From: Felis catus
Lineage: Eukaryota
DNA: 64,000 nucleotides
Direction of reading: 5' to 3'
Assembly: GCF_018350175.1 (NCBI RefSeq)
Contig: NC_058368.1
Span: forward strand, 126,792,001-126,856,000
Position numbers and translations under genes: made by a program. The notes below the pieces were generated by a model. The model saw nothing but the letters and a program-made list of their open reading frames with translations, was not told where the DNA came from and did no database searches. Within the stretch, counting starts at the first letter, position 1, and every line of letters starts with the position of its first letter. Positions 1 to 11,704 of the stretch are shown here, one piece after another.

Positions 1-18
1 AATTTTTTTTTTTTTTTT

Positions 19-355
19 GGCAACATGGATGGACCGTGAACACATTATGCTAAATGCAACAAGTCAGAAAAGACAAAGTAGTGCTGAATATCCCTCAGAT
101 GTGAAATCTAAAAGGGAATGGGTGGGTTGGAGGAACAGCATTTAGGCGGTTTCAAGGTATAAATGTGTAACAGGTAGCAAATAAGCCATAGGGAACTAAC
201 ACACAGTATGATGAATATCAACAGTATGGTACCATCATTACATAACATGATAAATATTGCTAAAATGGTGATCATATTATAGTACATCAATGTATCAAAT
301 CAACAGGGTATACATCATAAATTCATACGTTTTTATGTCAAATGTATTCAGTAAC
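19..355 (+). mobile_element. L1 3' end fragment (L1MA9-like)
   Basis: caacatggatggaccgtgaacacattatgctaaatgcaacaagtcag resembles the L1 ORF2 end; decayed 3' UTR follows to about 355. Confidence 0.75.
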
Positions 356-3087
356 AATCCAAGATAATAATTCCAACTCTGTGAGTGGGGCAAACAAATT
401 TCTTTCAAATGAGCAATGAATGAACTGGGAACTAGGATACAGCTCATCTACAGGCAACTGAGGCAGACAAGCTCACAAAGGAGACTTGACAAGGGGTAGC
501 CAAAGACATGGATACAGAATGGGGCAAGAGTGGGACCCAAGGAAGGAAGGGATGAACCAGTTGATACATGAAGAATGATGCACTACACATTGCTGAATGA
601 TGTAAGTGAAATAAAAATAAAATTACAAAAAGATTTCCAGTCACTTTTATAAGAGCAGTTTTAGAGTAGTGAAGATAAGTACTTCTAAGTACTTTCAAAG
701 AAAATACAGCAGAGACTAATTGAATGGTGACAGTCTAACGAGCGTTCCCCCCTCAAAAAAAAAATAGAGGCTTATTAGTTATAGATTAAGGAAAACACCA
801 ATCAAGTTTGAAGATACAAGTAAAAATTAATATCCTCTTCATCTAAGTAATATTCTCCCACTTCTATTCCTATCTCCTCTACTCCCACCCAGGGCACGTT
901 ATTTTCAATACAACTATCTCCAACTAATTCATTTTGTCTTTTCCTCAAGTATTGCTAATCTCTAGGACACAGAGTTTCCAACAACTGCTTGTGATGAAAC
1001 CAACAACACTATTTCTGAGGTCCACATTGAAAGACAACTTAAAATGATTTTCTAACCATTTTCAAACCAACCAAGAAGTATACTACCTCATTTTAACAGT
1101 GATGAATACATAGAGGCCAGGAGTCAACCAACAAGTAGGTGACAAGCCTAAATGACCTAAGGTTTTCAACTGCAGTTTTCACCAAATCACAGATCCATTC
1201 CCCAGATAAGCACAGGCTATCATGTTTCTGCAAGGTTGGCAGCTGCTTCTTTATGCTTTTTTCCTCACTCATATGCATCTAGTGGAATCCACTTCCCGTG
1301 GTCAACATCACTTCAGAGCAAGTGTAAATTAGCATCTGTCTTGGCACCTTTCTGCCGTTGCCCCTATTCATAGAAAGGAAAAGTCAAAAGACAGGGGTCA
1401 GCTAATGGAGATCAAGCCAAAATTAAAAAGACATTTAAAAATAGAACTTGAAAGGGAGGAGTGGTGTTGGTAATGGAAATCCTGGAAACCGATGCATAAC
1501 TATAGGCTTAACAAGGAAGAAAATGGCCTTCACAAAAGAGCATGTGTTGACACTTGAGCTAAAGGGGAAGTTTTGCAAGGGGAAGCAGGTGGGGAGGAAG
1601 AGTTTCTTAGAGATTTGATGCAATGGCCAAGAAATCGAAATATGGTTAAAAAAAAAAAAGGGGGGGGGAGTCTTTCATTGAAAAATAGATGGTGACAGGA
1701 ATTCCCATCCTTCAACTGCAAACCGGGTTTTGTCAGCAATACACGATTTTTATGTATTATCAAAAATTAAATGAAACTTGAAGACATCTAGAATACCTCC
1801 CTTTGTCCTTTCCTGGAAAATACAGTACCTCTTAAGGCATACTTCACATCAACTGGTGCTTGAGTTTCCTAAGGTTATCTAGAACTCTAAACAATTTTTT
1901 TTCAGTATTTGCTTACATACGTGTCTGCCTTTAAATGATAAAGATCTGGAAGATTTTCTTTGTATTGTCGGTAGAAAAGGGAAAACTCTTTAAGCGCAGT
2001 ATTATATTTCTAAAAAGTGTAGTGAATTTATGGAATTTTTAAAATAATTTTCATTTAATTCCCAGGCCTTCTCTGTCAATGTAATGAATGTCATTTGAAA
2101 GAACCCCTGGATTTTAAATATCAGTCATTTAATATGAAGACCACCCCTAAAATCACTCCATGACCTTATCATAAAAACCAAGTACAGTTTTATGGTAACT
2201 CCAATCTTTTCCTCTAGGGACATTAATGTGCATTATTTTATTCATCTACCCCAACAACTTTTATGTTAGAGCCTTTTTGTTTCAGGCATGTAAGTTCTTC
2301 TCCATGAAAACTTCAAGTTTACAGGGAGGAAAATGACCCAACCAAAACAAATACTGGAGGAAAGATCCCAGAGAGAAAGGTTTTCCAAGTTGACTCTCCA
2401 CCTCTACCTTTACTAATTGGAGGATCTGTTGACCAGACCCAGGGTTAATTTTTTTTTTAAGTTTCTCAGGTGCTTTACATGCAATCCAATACTGTCAATT
2501 GCATGCACACACAGAAATCCCAATAGGAGATAGGCAACAACATGTTTCTATACAGCTTCCCACAATACAGAGCACGAGAGTTTTCTTTGCCCTCAAAGCC
2601 TTGCACCTATTCAAGAGTCATTACAGTTGCCCTTCCACCTGTGCCCTATCCTTCACCAACCAGGAATTATCAAGTCACTGAGTAACAGCTGCCTTACTTA
2701 CATTAGGCTCAACATCTGAGCTGCAAATTCAGCCAGAGGCAGAGCTACTTAAGCCATGGCAACATTGTGAAAAAACAACCCGCCAAACAAACCCACAAAC
2801 AATGTATGATGCCTGAAAAATTTTCCCCTTTATCTCCTCTTCTTTTCAGGCAATTTGTAATTTCTAACAGTGACCCATGAGGATGAATTTGCCCATTCCC
2901 CTTGTAACAGTGTGGAGACATTGAAGTAATTTTCCCATCCTTGGTATTGGTGGGGCGAGCTCTTCACCACAGGTAAACTCAAGAGTGGCAGAAAGTGCTC
3001 TATGCTCTAGGAGAAGCTCATTCACATTCTGCACAGACTCGGTTGGTAAGCACCCCCCTAATGATCCCATATCCTCATTTTCATGCT

Positions 3088-3729
3088 TGTATTCACATTA
3101 CAGTGCATCTGTAACAAATTACAACATGCTTAGCTTAACACATCACACACACACATTATCTCACAGTTCACTAAGCAGAAGCCCTACTGATATCACCAAT
3201 CTCAAATTTACCTGTTGGCAGGACACATTCCTTAATGGAGGCTCTGGGTATCAGTCTGCTTCCCAGCGCATTCACATTCTGTGAGGACTTCAGTTTCTCG
3301 TGGTTGTAGCGTAGAGATCTACAGTCCTTTACCATCACTCAGAAACCAGTATTTACTCCTACAGCTAGTCTGTGTATATTCCAACACAATGGAGAAAGCC
3401 CTGGGAGCTTCTTTCTAGTCACTGTACACGGACTTCATGTCTTAGAGTTGGCAACAGCACCTCACGTACCTTGCACTATCGAGAAGCTCTCTGACTTGCC
3501 GTCTACCATTTCCCTGCACCTTCTTTCTCAGGCTGCCTCTTATGCTTTTAAGGGGTCAGGTGATTTCACTGGACCACTTAGAGAACCCAGAATAATCACC
3601 ACACCTTAAAGTCCATAACCTTAATTACATTTGCAAACTCCTTTTGCCCTGTAATGTAACATATCCACAGATTCCAGGCATTAAGGAGCAAACTTATCTT
3701 TAGGAGAAGCCATTGTGATGCCTAGCACA
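3088..3729 (-). mobile_element. MaLR solo LTR (MLT1E-like) nested in the MLT1F-like LTR
   Basis: Antisense MLT1 motifs tgtaacaaattac, cttaattacatttgcaaa, tgtaacatatccacagattccagg; about 640 bp; 5-bp TSD tgctt/tgcct. Confidence 0.7.
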
Positions 3730-4166
3730 TGCCTTTGCATAACTCCCTCCCCTTAACTATGTCAAAAGCAACAGTCAAAAGCAGTCAAAAGCAACAGAGG
3801 TTATGAGATGTCACTTCCAAAATTAATTATAAAAGGAATGCAGATTCCATCTTGGAGTACTCCCTCTTTCTTGATCCCTTTCTCTGAGGATGCCACTTGC
3901 CATGTTGTGAGGCAAACACACGAAGAGGTCCATGGGATTCAGCTTGGGAGCAGAAGCAGATCTTCTTAGGACTGGTACCAGCCAAATGAGTGACTTTGGA
4001 AATAAATCTCCCCGAGCAAAGCCTGCTAACATCTGCAGGTCCAGCCAACATCTTGATTGAATCTTCGTGATAGAACCTGTGGCTGACATGCCCAGCTAAG
4101 CCACTCCCAGATTTGTGACGCGCAGAAACTAAAATAAGGCTCGTTGTTTTAAACTGCCAAATTCTA

Positions 4167-4396
4167 GGGGCGCCTGGGTGGCTCAGTCGTTGAGGGTCCG
4201 ACTTCGGCTCAGGTCGTGATCTCACGGTGCACGGGTTCGAGCCCAGTGGGTTGGAGCCCCAAATCCAGCTCTGTGCTGACAGCCTGGAGCCTGCTTCAGA
4301 TTCTGTCTCTCTCTCTCACTCTCTCTCTGACCCTCTCCCACTCATTCTCTCTCTCCATCTCTCAAAAATGAAGAAACATTAAAAAAAATAAAAATT
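4167..4396 (+). mobile_element. CanSINE (SINEC)
   Basis: ggggcgcctgggtggctcagtc head, (CT)n, A tail; TSD aaactgc(c/t)aaattct at 4151-4165 and 4397-4411. Confidence 0.95.
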
Positions 4397-4571
4397 AAAC
4401 TGCTAAATTCTGGAAGTATTGGTTATGAACTTGGGACATATTAACCTTGGATTTAAGAAGACTGATCTCCATAAACAGAGGGAGAGAAAACATGGAGTAT
4501 GTGTAATGAATGGCCACAACTGAGAAAACAAATGTTGTCCCTCTCTTTGGTAGCTGTAGCAGTGTACCTGG

Positions 4572-4741
4572 CAGTGTTCCTCAAAGTGTGGTCCACGGAC
4601 TACTTACAGTAGAAACACCTATGATGGTTGAATACATTGCAGGTTCCTGGGGCTTCTACATTAGAAACTCCAGGGAGTGAATGTGCCTTACTAATAAGCT
4701 TCTCAAGCGGTATTTATTCTCATAAAATCTGAAAACCACTG
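4572..4741. mobile_element. hAT-Charlie MITE (MER5-like)
   Basis: Termini cagtgttcctcaaagtgtggtcc ... tgaaaaccactg. Confidence 0.65.
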
Positions 4742-4809
4742 ATGGCGATGGTTAGGAATGCAGACTTTGAGCAATCTGTGTTTAAATCTCAACTCCTTAG
4801 GAAATTTTA

Positions 4810-4890
4810 ACTGTTTTGTTCCTTCAGAATCCCCAGCACCTAAACAGCACCAGCACATAGTTGGTGCTCAAAAAGTGTTTGTCAAGTGAA
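4810..4890 (+). mobile_element. L2 3' end fragment
   Basis: ccccagcacctaaacagcaccagcacatagttggtgctcaaaaagtgtttg. Confidence 0.55.
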
Positions 4891-4984
4891 CAAGAGGCTG
4901 AATAAATGACCAAAGGCAATTGTCTTAATTTCACTGCTTTTCTTAATGGAAAAAAAATTAAATGAAGACAGTGACCCCTATTTT

Positions 4985-5090
4985 TAAGTGCTGTTTTAAG
5001 AATTAAATGAGCTGATGTGTGTGCAATGCATCGCATGGTGCCTGGTACCCACACAAAGTGCACACTGCATGCAGGTGCTTGTGTTGCTAT
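4985..5090 (+). mobile_element. MIR 3' fragment
   Basis: gaattaaatgagctgatgtgtgt...gtgcctggtac. Confidence 0.5.
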
Positions 5091-5175
5091 GGTCATCACA
5101 TAAGTGTGACAGCAGCAATGACCCAGAAAACCCTTCACTCTCAGAAAAACTCAGCAGTTATAAAATGTGCTCTCT

Positions 5176-5239
5176 GCGAGCACTTGTTGAGATGAGCACT
5201 GGGTGTTGTATGTAAGCCACTTTCACAAATTATATTTTA
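5176..5239 (+). mobile_element. Extremely 5'-truncated felid L1 (about 64-bp 3' tip)
   Basis: gatgagcactgggtgttgtatgtaagc matches the L1 3' UTR at 58355-58381; perfect 14-bp TSD aaaatgtgctctct at 5162-5175 and 5240-5253. Confidence 0.85.
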
Positions 5240-5589
5240 AAAATGTGCTCTCTCTGCTTGTTGAAGAGATGCTAGGCAAGCATGCAAAGAGTGAGGACAC
5301 ATTTTCAGAAGGTTCAATTTCAGAAGGACACATTCTTTAGAAGGTTCAAATAATCTTTTCCAGCGAGGCTGTGAGGGGCTCAAAGGCCTGACATAAGGAA
5401 ATATGATTATGTGCATATTCTGATTTATCCTCTGCTGCATCCTTCCCCCCTTGCCTCCCCCCTGCTCCAACAAGGAATTTTTCTATTTCTGGTCCAATAC
5501 TGCTGCATGTTCACTGGCTTCCAGCATGAAAGATATACCAACTGCTCTCAGTACAGTTTTGAAAACACTTTAAAAAGAATTCAGACTGA

Positions 5590-5775
5590 GGGACGCCTGG
5601 GTGGCTGTCAGTTAAGCGTCCGAATTCAGCTCAGGTCATGTTCTCATGGTTCTTGAGTTCGAGCCCTTCATTGGGCTCACTGCTGTCAGTGCAGAGTCTG
5701 TGGGATCCTCTGTCCCATCTCTCTCTGCCCCTCCACACTCAAGCTGTTTCAAAAATGAACATTTATTGAAAAAAT
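5590..5775 (+). mobile_element. CanSINE
   Basis: gggacgcctgggtggct head; TSD aaagaatt(c/t)agactga at 5574-5589 and 5776-5791. Confidence 0.93.
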
Positions 5776-5924
5776 AAAGAATTTAGACTGAAAGGTGCTC
5801 TGTGAATACAAGGTAGCAGTGATATTTGGGAAAAAAAAACACACAAACTTTTATGTAATTTAATCACTTCACCAGAATTAAAATATTAGAGCCAGTGACA
5901 TTTAATTTGGCTTAGGATTTGATT

Positions 5925-6560
5925 AATATGGGGCGTATTCATCATCTTGACCATGTTGCCGATTTCGTGAGTGCAGTGATTTTAAAATGTGTTCACGGGT
6001 TCTCTGATTCTCCTCCCTTCAAGAAATCGAACCTAATTCCCCCTCCCTTGACTGTAAGACGCTGTTAGTGATCTAACAAATAGGAAAAAGAGGAAGTGAT
6101 GACAGACTTCGGAGGCTAGGTCATAACACACTGCAGTTTCCTCGTTTTTGCTGTCTCTTGGATCACACACACTGGGGGAAGTCACTTGCCATTGTGAGGA
6201 CACTTAAGTAACCTAAGGCATCCTGTCTACAGCCATGAGAGTTAGCCATGGGGGAAACAAATCCTCTGACCTCAGTCAAACCATCAGGCATCTGCAGTCC
6301 TTCTAACATCCTGCCTGGAACCGCAGGCCCTGAGTCTGAGACATGCAGGTAAGCTACTCCCCAATTCCTTATTCAAAGAAACTGTGGGATGACAAATGCT
6401 TGCTGCTTTAAGCCACTAATTTGGGGGGTAATTTGTTACATAACAATACATAATTATGGCAACAGGTATATACCTATGTCAAATTTCTCCCACTATACAC
6501 TTTAAATATGTCCAGCTTATTAGTTTTTAGTTGCAACTCAATAAAACACAAAAAGGTAAA
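5925..6560 (+). mobile_element. Old L1 (L1ME-like) 3' end split by an LTR
   Basis: gtattcatcatcttgaccatgttgccgatttc before the LTR continues as acaggtatatacctatgtcaaa...cactttaaatatgt...ctcaataaa after it. Confidence 0.65.
5968..6461 (+). mobile_element. MaLR solo LTR (MLT1F/G-like)
   Basis: gaggctaggtcataa, gccattgtgagga, and 3' end tgctttaagccactaatttggggggtaatttgttac. Confidence 0.8.
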
Positions 6561-7079
6561 AGATAGTAGAAATACTACAATTTATTATTGAGTGGAGATT
6601 TTGCTCTTTGTAAAATGATCAACGTGCGGATTAAAGCCAGGTATAGAACTGGATTTTTGGTAAAGCAGACCCCCTGCCCCACAAAAAGAATTCCAGGAAA
6701 TAATGATGCTACTTTATCAACTCCATACTCAAAATAAACAGCCAGCCATGGTCGCTGGATTCCTATCCCTGTTGGTTGTCAAGATATTTTCCTTATTCAC
6801 CTCACCACCCCTCATATGCTAAAAAGAAAATTTGAACAAAACAATTTCTAGGAGTAGTGGAGATGCTTTAATTAAATGCAGTCTAGTCTTGATTATATAT
6901 ACAACTGGAAGCAAGAAATAGCTCTGGAGTGACACAAAATTCTGTTCAGTTATGGAAAAGGCAAATGTCATAGGAAGGAAAGAGTGTAAATATAATGCAA
7001 TGTATATGTATATAAATTGTAGATAGATGATAGAGAATTTATAGAATTGCATTTTCTAGGTTATCTCCCATACCAATAT

Positions 7080-7440
7080 TTGTAATGTCTATATTATAGT
7101 TCATTGCCATATAAATGCTATAATTTGTATAAGCAATTCTCTGTTATTGATATTTTCCTCATTTCTAACTCTGAGGTCATCCGTAATGCTGTGATAAGCA
7201 TTCCTTTAGCTAAAGCTTTACTTGCTCCTCTCTTCAGGGCAGATTTTGAAAGTGAAAATTCAACGTGTATGAATGTTGTTAAAGCTCCTATTAAAAATTG
7301 CCAAATTGCCTTCCAAAAATATCAGGTCAATTTACAGACTCATTGACATGATATAAGAATTCCTGTCTCACCACATTCTTGTAAGCATCGTGGAATTTTT
7401 TTTAATTGGGCCATTTATTTTTCATGAGTTTCTGAGGTAT
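7080..7440 (-). mobile_element. Old L1 (L1ME-like) fragment
   Basis: aatgctgtgataagcattc, ttgccaaattgccttccaaaa, gaattcctgtctcaccacattcttg. Confidence 0.65.
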
Positions 7441-7994
7441 TTTAAAAGAGTTTTGCTATCCCCACCCTGCTCTTTTACAATTTTGTTTCCTTCATGGAAA
7501 ACGTGTTCATTTGATGATAACTCCTTTTTCATGTGTGGTAAGGCCTTTTGGTTGCCAAGATGTAGCACCTAATAGAATGTAGTGACCAAATCTCAAATAA
7601 ATCACTGAATTAATAAATTCACCAATTCTTATTAAGAGCTAAATTTCTAAAACACTTTAAATAGAATAATATATAAAAGCAATAAAAGTCCAATGAACAG
7701 ATTCTCTTTGGAGGCTAAGTATCTGCCCCTTCCTATTTAATGAAAACAAAAGGCAACTCTCTCATAAACTAGACCCAATGAGGAAAACATTCAGTTCCCA
7801 TGGACAGCTCTATGAGATGCCAACGGACAGTAAGTTCTTTTCTACCAGGGAAAATCGCATTTAAAATTTATGGGAAAGTTATATAAAAGTAAGAACAACA
7901 ACAACAACAAAAAGTATGCCTAATTAACTTGAGTTTGGGGCATGCACAATATTTTTCAACAAGATTATGATCAGACTTACCATGTAATGGTTAC

Positions 7995-8195
7995 TTAACC
8001 TTGTGTTTTCATGAATTACCTCATTCAGTTCATACCAAAGTCTTCTGAGACACGGTCTCTACTATCCTCATAGATAATAGGATGTGAAAAACTTTGAGAC
8101 ATTAAATAACTTGTCCAAGTTGACAGACGCCATAAGTGGCATTTATAGGCTTCACGGCCACATCTTTTTGATACCAAATCCTGTACTTTTCCTGT
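7995..8195 (-). mobile_element. MIR
   Basis: attaaataacttgtccaagttgacagac...taagtggca resembles the antisense MIR core. Confidence 0.6.
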
Positions 8196-8260
8196 ACATA
8201 CTTAACAGAGACCCAGTGCATGGTTTTGTTAGGCTGTTTTTTGTCAAAGCTATTGGATTG

Positions 8261-8470
8261 GAGGCAGCATGGCATAAAAGAATGAACGAACATGAACAAA
8301 CACCGGCTTTCCAGCTGGACATTCTTGGATTTGAATCTTGCCTCTATATACTAGGTTCTGACTCCTATGATCTTCAGTTTGCTTATACTAGCGTCCCCCA
8401 TTGTCGTGTGACTTAAATGATTTAATGTCTCCCACAGTGCTCAGTGTGATACTCAGTACCTACTACAGGG
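8261..8470 (+). mobile_element. MIR (decayed)
   Basis: gaggcagcatggcata ... ggatttgaatcttgcctct ... ttaaatgatttaat. Confidence 0.5.
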
Positions 8471-8529
8471 TATTATATATATGATCCAAAGCAGACAAGA
8501 GTAGAAAGGAAATTTGTACTCAATTACCT

Positions 8530-8543
8530 CCACCAGAGGGCAG
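8530..8543 (+). promoter_or_regulatory. CTCF core motif match
   Basis: CCACCAGAGGGCAG; motif only, binding not shown. Confidence 0.4.
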
Positions 8544-8950
8544 AGTAAGAATTACTGTATCTTTTTCTGTGCCAGTTTTTGATAAGGGAAACTAGAATGT
8601 GATGTGAGTGCTTAATTTAAATAACAGTTACTAATCTTAAATCTTGAGGGCGCTATAACAGACTTAAAAAGAGAATAAATAGCAATATAAAAAGGGAATA
8701 CATGAACAATAATAAACTGAGTATTATTTTACATTCTCTAAAGTATTGAAGCAGGAAAGTTTGATAGCGAGGAAAAACATGAAGGCATTATAAGGACTTT
8801 TACAGTTTAAAAAGTACCCAGTATCCTTAAGCTTATTTTAGAATATGCTATCAGGATAAATCATCATCCAGCTCATTTCCAAATATATGATGGTTAATTA
8901 CCTTGACAACAATATGATTTACAGGCAGATTTAATGTAATTTTTATTTTT

Positions 8951-9173
8951 TATTATTAAGAAAAAATTAATGTTTATTTATTTTTTGAGAGAGAGAAAGA
9001 GACAGAGTGCAAGTGGGGGAGGGGAAGAGAGAGAGGGAGACACAGAATCTGAAGCAGGCTCCAGGCTCTGAGCTGTCAGCACAGAGCCAGATGCAGGGCT
9101 CAAATCCATGAACACAAGATCATGACCTGAGCTGAACTTGGATGCTTAAAGGACTAAGCCACCCAGGTGCCCC
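8951..9173 (-). mobile_element. CanSINE
   Basis: Antisense body ending gccacccaggtgcccc; TSD aatttttattttt at 8938-8950 and 9174-9186. Confidence 0.93.
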
Positions 9174-9197
9174 AATTTTTATTTTTAAAGATGTTCT

Positions 9198-9395
9198 GGG
9201 GCACCTGGGTGGCTCAGTCGGTTGAGCATCCAACTCTTAATTTTGGTTCAGGTCATGATCCCAGGGTCATGTGACTGGTCATGTGACTGATCTTAAGCCC
9301 CTGCTTAAGATCAACTCTCTCTCCCCCTACCCCCCCATTCACTCCCTCCCTCCCTCCCTCTCTCTCTCTCAATAAAAAAATTAAAAAGTTTAAAA
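9198..9395 (+). mobile_element. CanSINE with rearranged middle
   Basis: ggggcacctgggtggctcagtcggttgagc head, CT-rich tract, A tail; flanks share tgttct. Confidence 0.9.
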
Positions 9396-9599
9396 AGAAG
9401 TGTTCTAGAACACTTGCTTGTGGAATTACTTTTCAAGCACTGGAAGTAAGTTTAGACAAATCCATCCACATTCTTCCCAGTTTTTGTTAAAACAACCTTT
9501 CAATGGAATGAAATACAGACATATTGAGGAATTTCTCTATAGCCATAGCAGACTCAAAAGAAGATGAAATTCCTTTGACTATAGCAACCTAACCACAGA

Positions 9600-9868
9600 A
9601 GACTTTATTTTCTGAAAATGACCACAGTAGTATTTCCAGTCCTGCTTGCTTCTCTAGGAGTTTGTCACTTACCCAAGAGGTGGGGCCTATGTCCCCTCCT
9701 CATGACCCTAGGCAGGCTATTACTGTTCCAATCAATAGAATATGGCAGAAGTGATGCTAACTTCCTTTCAAGCCTGGGTCATCAGAAAGGATATGCTGGG
9801 TCCATCTTTTAGGGACATTTGTGTGCACCCAGTGAGGAAGCCCAAGTTAGCCTGTGTAGAGATGAACA
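9600..9868 (+). mobile_element. MaLR LTR fragment (MLT1G/H-like)
   Basis: aagaggtggggcctatgtcccctcc, caatagaatatggcagaagtgatgct. Confidence 0.7.
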
Positions 9869-9879
9869 GATGCACACAC

Positions 9880-9951
9880 ATGCATATGCATTTTCTCTCT
9901 CTCAAAATAAAAGTAAATAAAATTAAATAAAAGTAAAATAAAAAAATAAAA
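9880..9951 (+). mobile_element. CanSINE 3' tail only
   Basis: ctctctctcaaaataaaagtaaataaaattaaataaaa with no head. Confidence 0.5.
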
Positions 9952-10879
9952 AGATGTGCATTCCTAAGTGTGTTTTAAAATGGATCTCAGACTCAATTTC
10001 AAACCACCATAAGACAAAGAAAGAAGCTTTTTAGTCCCTTCCCCAATGTATCTTTATGGGGACAAAAAGAAATCAGCATATAAAATCTTAATTTCACTTT
10101 GTAATCAAAGATGGATTGTAAAAAATCAAAAGTTAACAATGTTCTGCATGCAGGATCCTACACTTTAAAATTGTTTATTTCAGTGCCTTTTATTTTCTTA
10201 CCTCAAAATAGATATAGATTGCATGCAGTAAAAACATTGAAAAAAACATCATTCTCTTTAAGTTGAAAAGTTCTGGGTCAAATTAGGAAGAATAATATAA
10301 ATAATAGGACACACACTGAGGCAAAAGAATGCTATTGTGTCCTTCTAGAAACCACAGAAGCCAAGAAGCCCTTCCGTGAGCAATTGGGAAAGTAAAGGAC
10401 AAACTACATCTCACTCAGGCTCGCCCAGACCAAGGTGGGAGGAAATAGCATACTTAAGTAAAAAGCCTGCTAAATATTTAATGAATGAAGATTATAAAAC
10501 TGTTTCTATCTTTATAGTTTTGATTGCTTCCTGCCTTTTGCTTTTCTCTCTTCCTTTCCTCCATAAAGCAAACACTCCCATGGCTGTAACTCTCCTGCTC
10601 CAAAGCGGCCAAGGCCCAGTTTGGCAACTGCCTGCCCTACCTTTCCTCAGCTCCTCAAGCCAACTTTTCTTCCTAGCCAACTCCTCAATCCAGCTCTTCT
10701 AGCTGCTTTAAAAACATTCTCTCTGTGGTAATGGCATCTTCTGGTCACTGAGGCTTGAAGCCATTAATTGCCCTATGCCCACCTCCTCCTTGTCCCTAAT
10801 GCCTGGTTGACACCATTTCTCCCACTGCTATCAGCCTACAACCAGAAGAGAACACAACATTCAGTGCATGCCAGCTGCA

Positions 10880-11080
10880 GCGAGCCTGGAGGCATTCCCA
10901 TCCAGAGCCCCCAGTTCCCAGATTTATGACCATATGGAAGTTATTTAACCTCTCTGAGGCTCCTTTTCCTCATTAACAAAAGAAAGTTGGTAATAACCAT
11001 TCTTACCTCAGTGAGTTGTTGTGAGGATTAAATTACATAACACACAGAGCACTAGACGAGTAGACAGTGGGTCTTTGCTA
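10880..11080 (+). mobile_element. MIR
   Basis: aagttatttaacctctctgaggctcc...gttgttgtgaggattaaat. Confidence 0.75.
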
Positions 11081-11103
11081 CCTTTTCAATGTAGGGCCTT
11101 ATT

Positions 11104-11268
11104 GGGGCGCCTGGGTGGGTCAGTTGGTTGAGCATCTGACTTAGGCTCAGGTCATGATCTCATAATGAGTGGGTTCGAGCCCTGCTTCAGGCTCTGTGCT
11201 GACAGCTCAGAGCCCGGAGACTACTTCAGATTCTGTGTCTCCCTCTCTCTTGGCCCGCCCCCCACTCA

Positions 11269-11323
<55 letters not shown>

Positions 11324-11353
11324 AAATAAATAAATGTTTAAAAAAATTAAATA
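11104..11353 (+). mobile_element. CanSINE
   Basis: Full head, long (CT)n, A tail; TSD aatgtagggccttat at 11088-11102 and 11354-11368. Confidence 0.95.
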
Positions 11354-11704
11354 AATGTAGGGCCTTATCATTACACACCTGTACCTCTGTATCATCCTCC
11401 TTGCTGAGATGACTCCTTAATCCTCCAATGCCACTTGCACATATCCCAAAGATTAAGCCTAATCTCACTCCACTGCTCCCACGGTGTCAGTGGTCCTCAG
11501 CTAATGAAGAGGCTTGATTCACGTCCATCAGCAATACCCAAAATAAGTCCACAGTCTGCATTTCCAGCCCTCACACAGCCTTTGCCAACCCTGTGCTCCA
11601 GCCCCATCTATTCCCAGCCGAGTCCTCAGCCACAGCCACATTCCCTCTTTTTGCTCCCATGCCTCCCGCCATGTGCCGTTTCCTCCCCCTTCTTCCCAAA
11701 TTCC

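Larger units (their letters stand above)
3045..4430 (+). mobile_element. MaLR solo LTR (MLT1F-like), interrupted by two insertions
   Basis: 5' part tggtaagcac...taatgatccc (3045-3088) resumes at 3730; motifs gatgtcacttcc, gccatgttgtgag, cccagctaagccactcccagat; 3' end after the SINE. Confidence 0.7.

Noticed and set aside
2850..2972. Exon-like segment (polypyrimidine tract with AG, then CAG|GTAAAC)
   Set aside because: Stop codons in all three frames; at most a non-coding or cryptic exon, with no further support.
4167..4240. tRNA-like A/B box sequences at SINE heads
   Set aside because: These are tRNA-derived CanSINE heads followed by CT tracts, A tails and TSDs, not tRNA genes.
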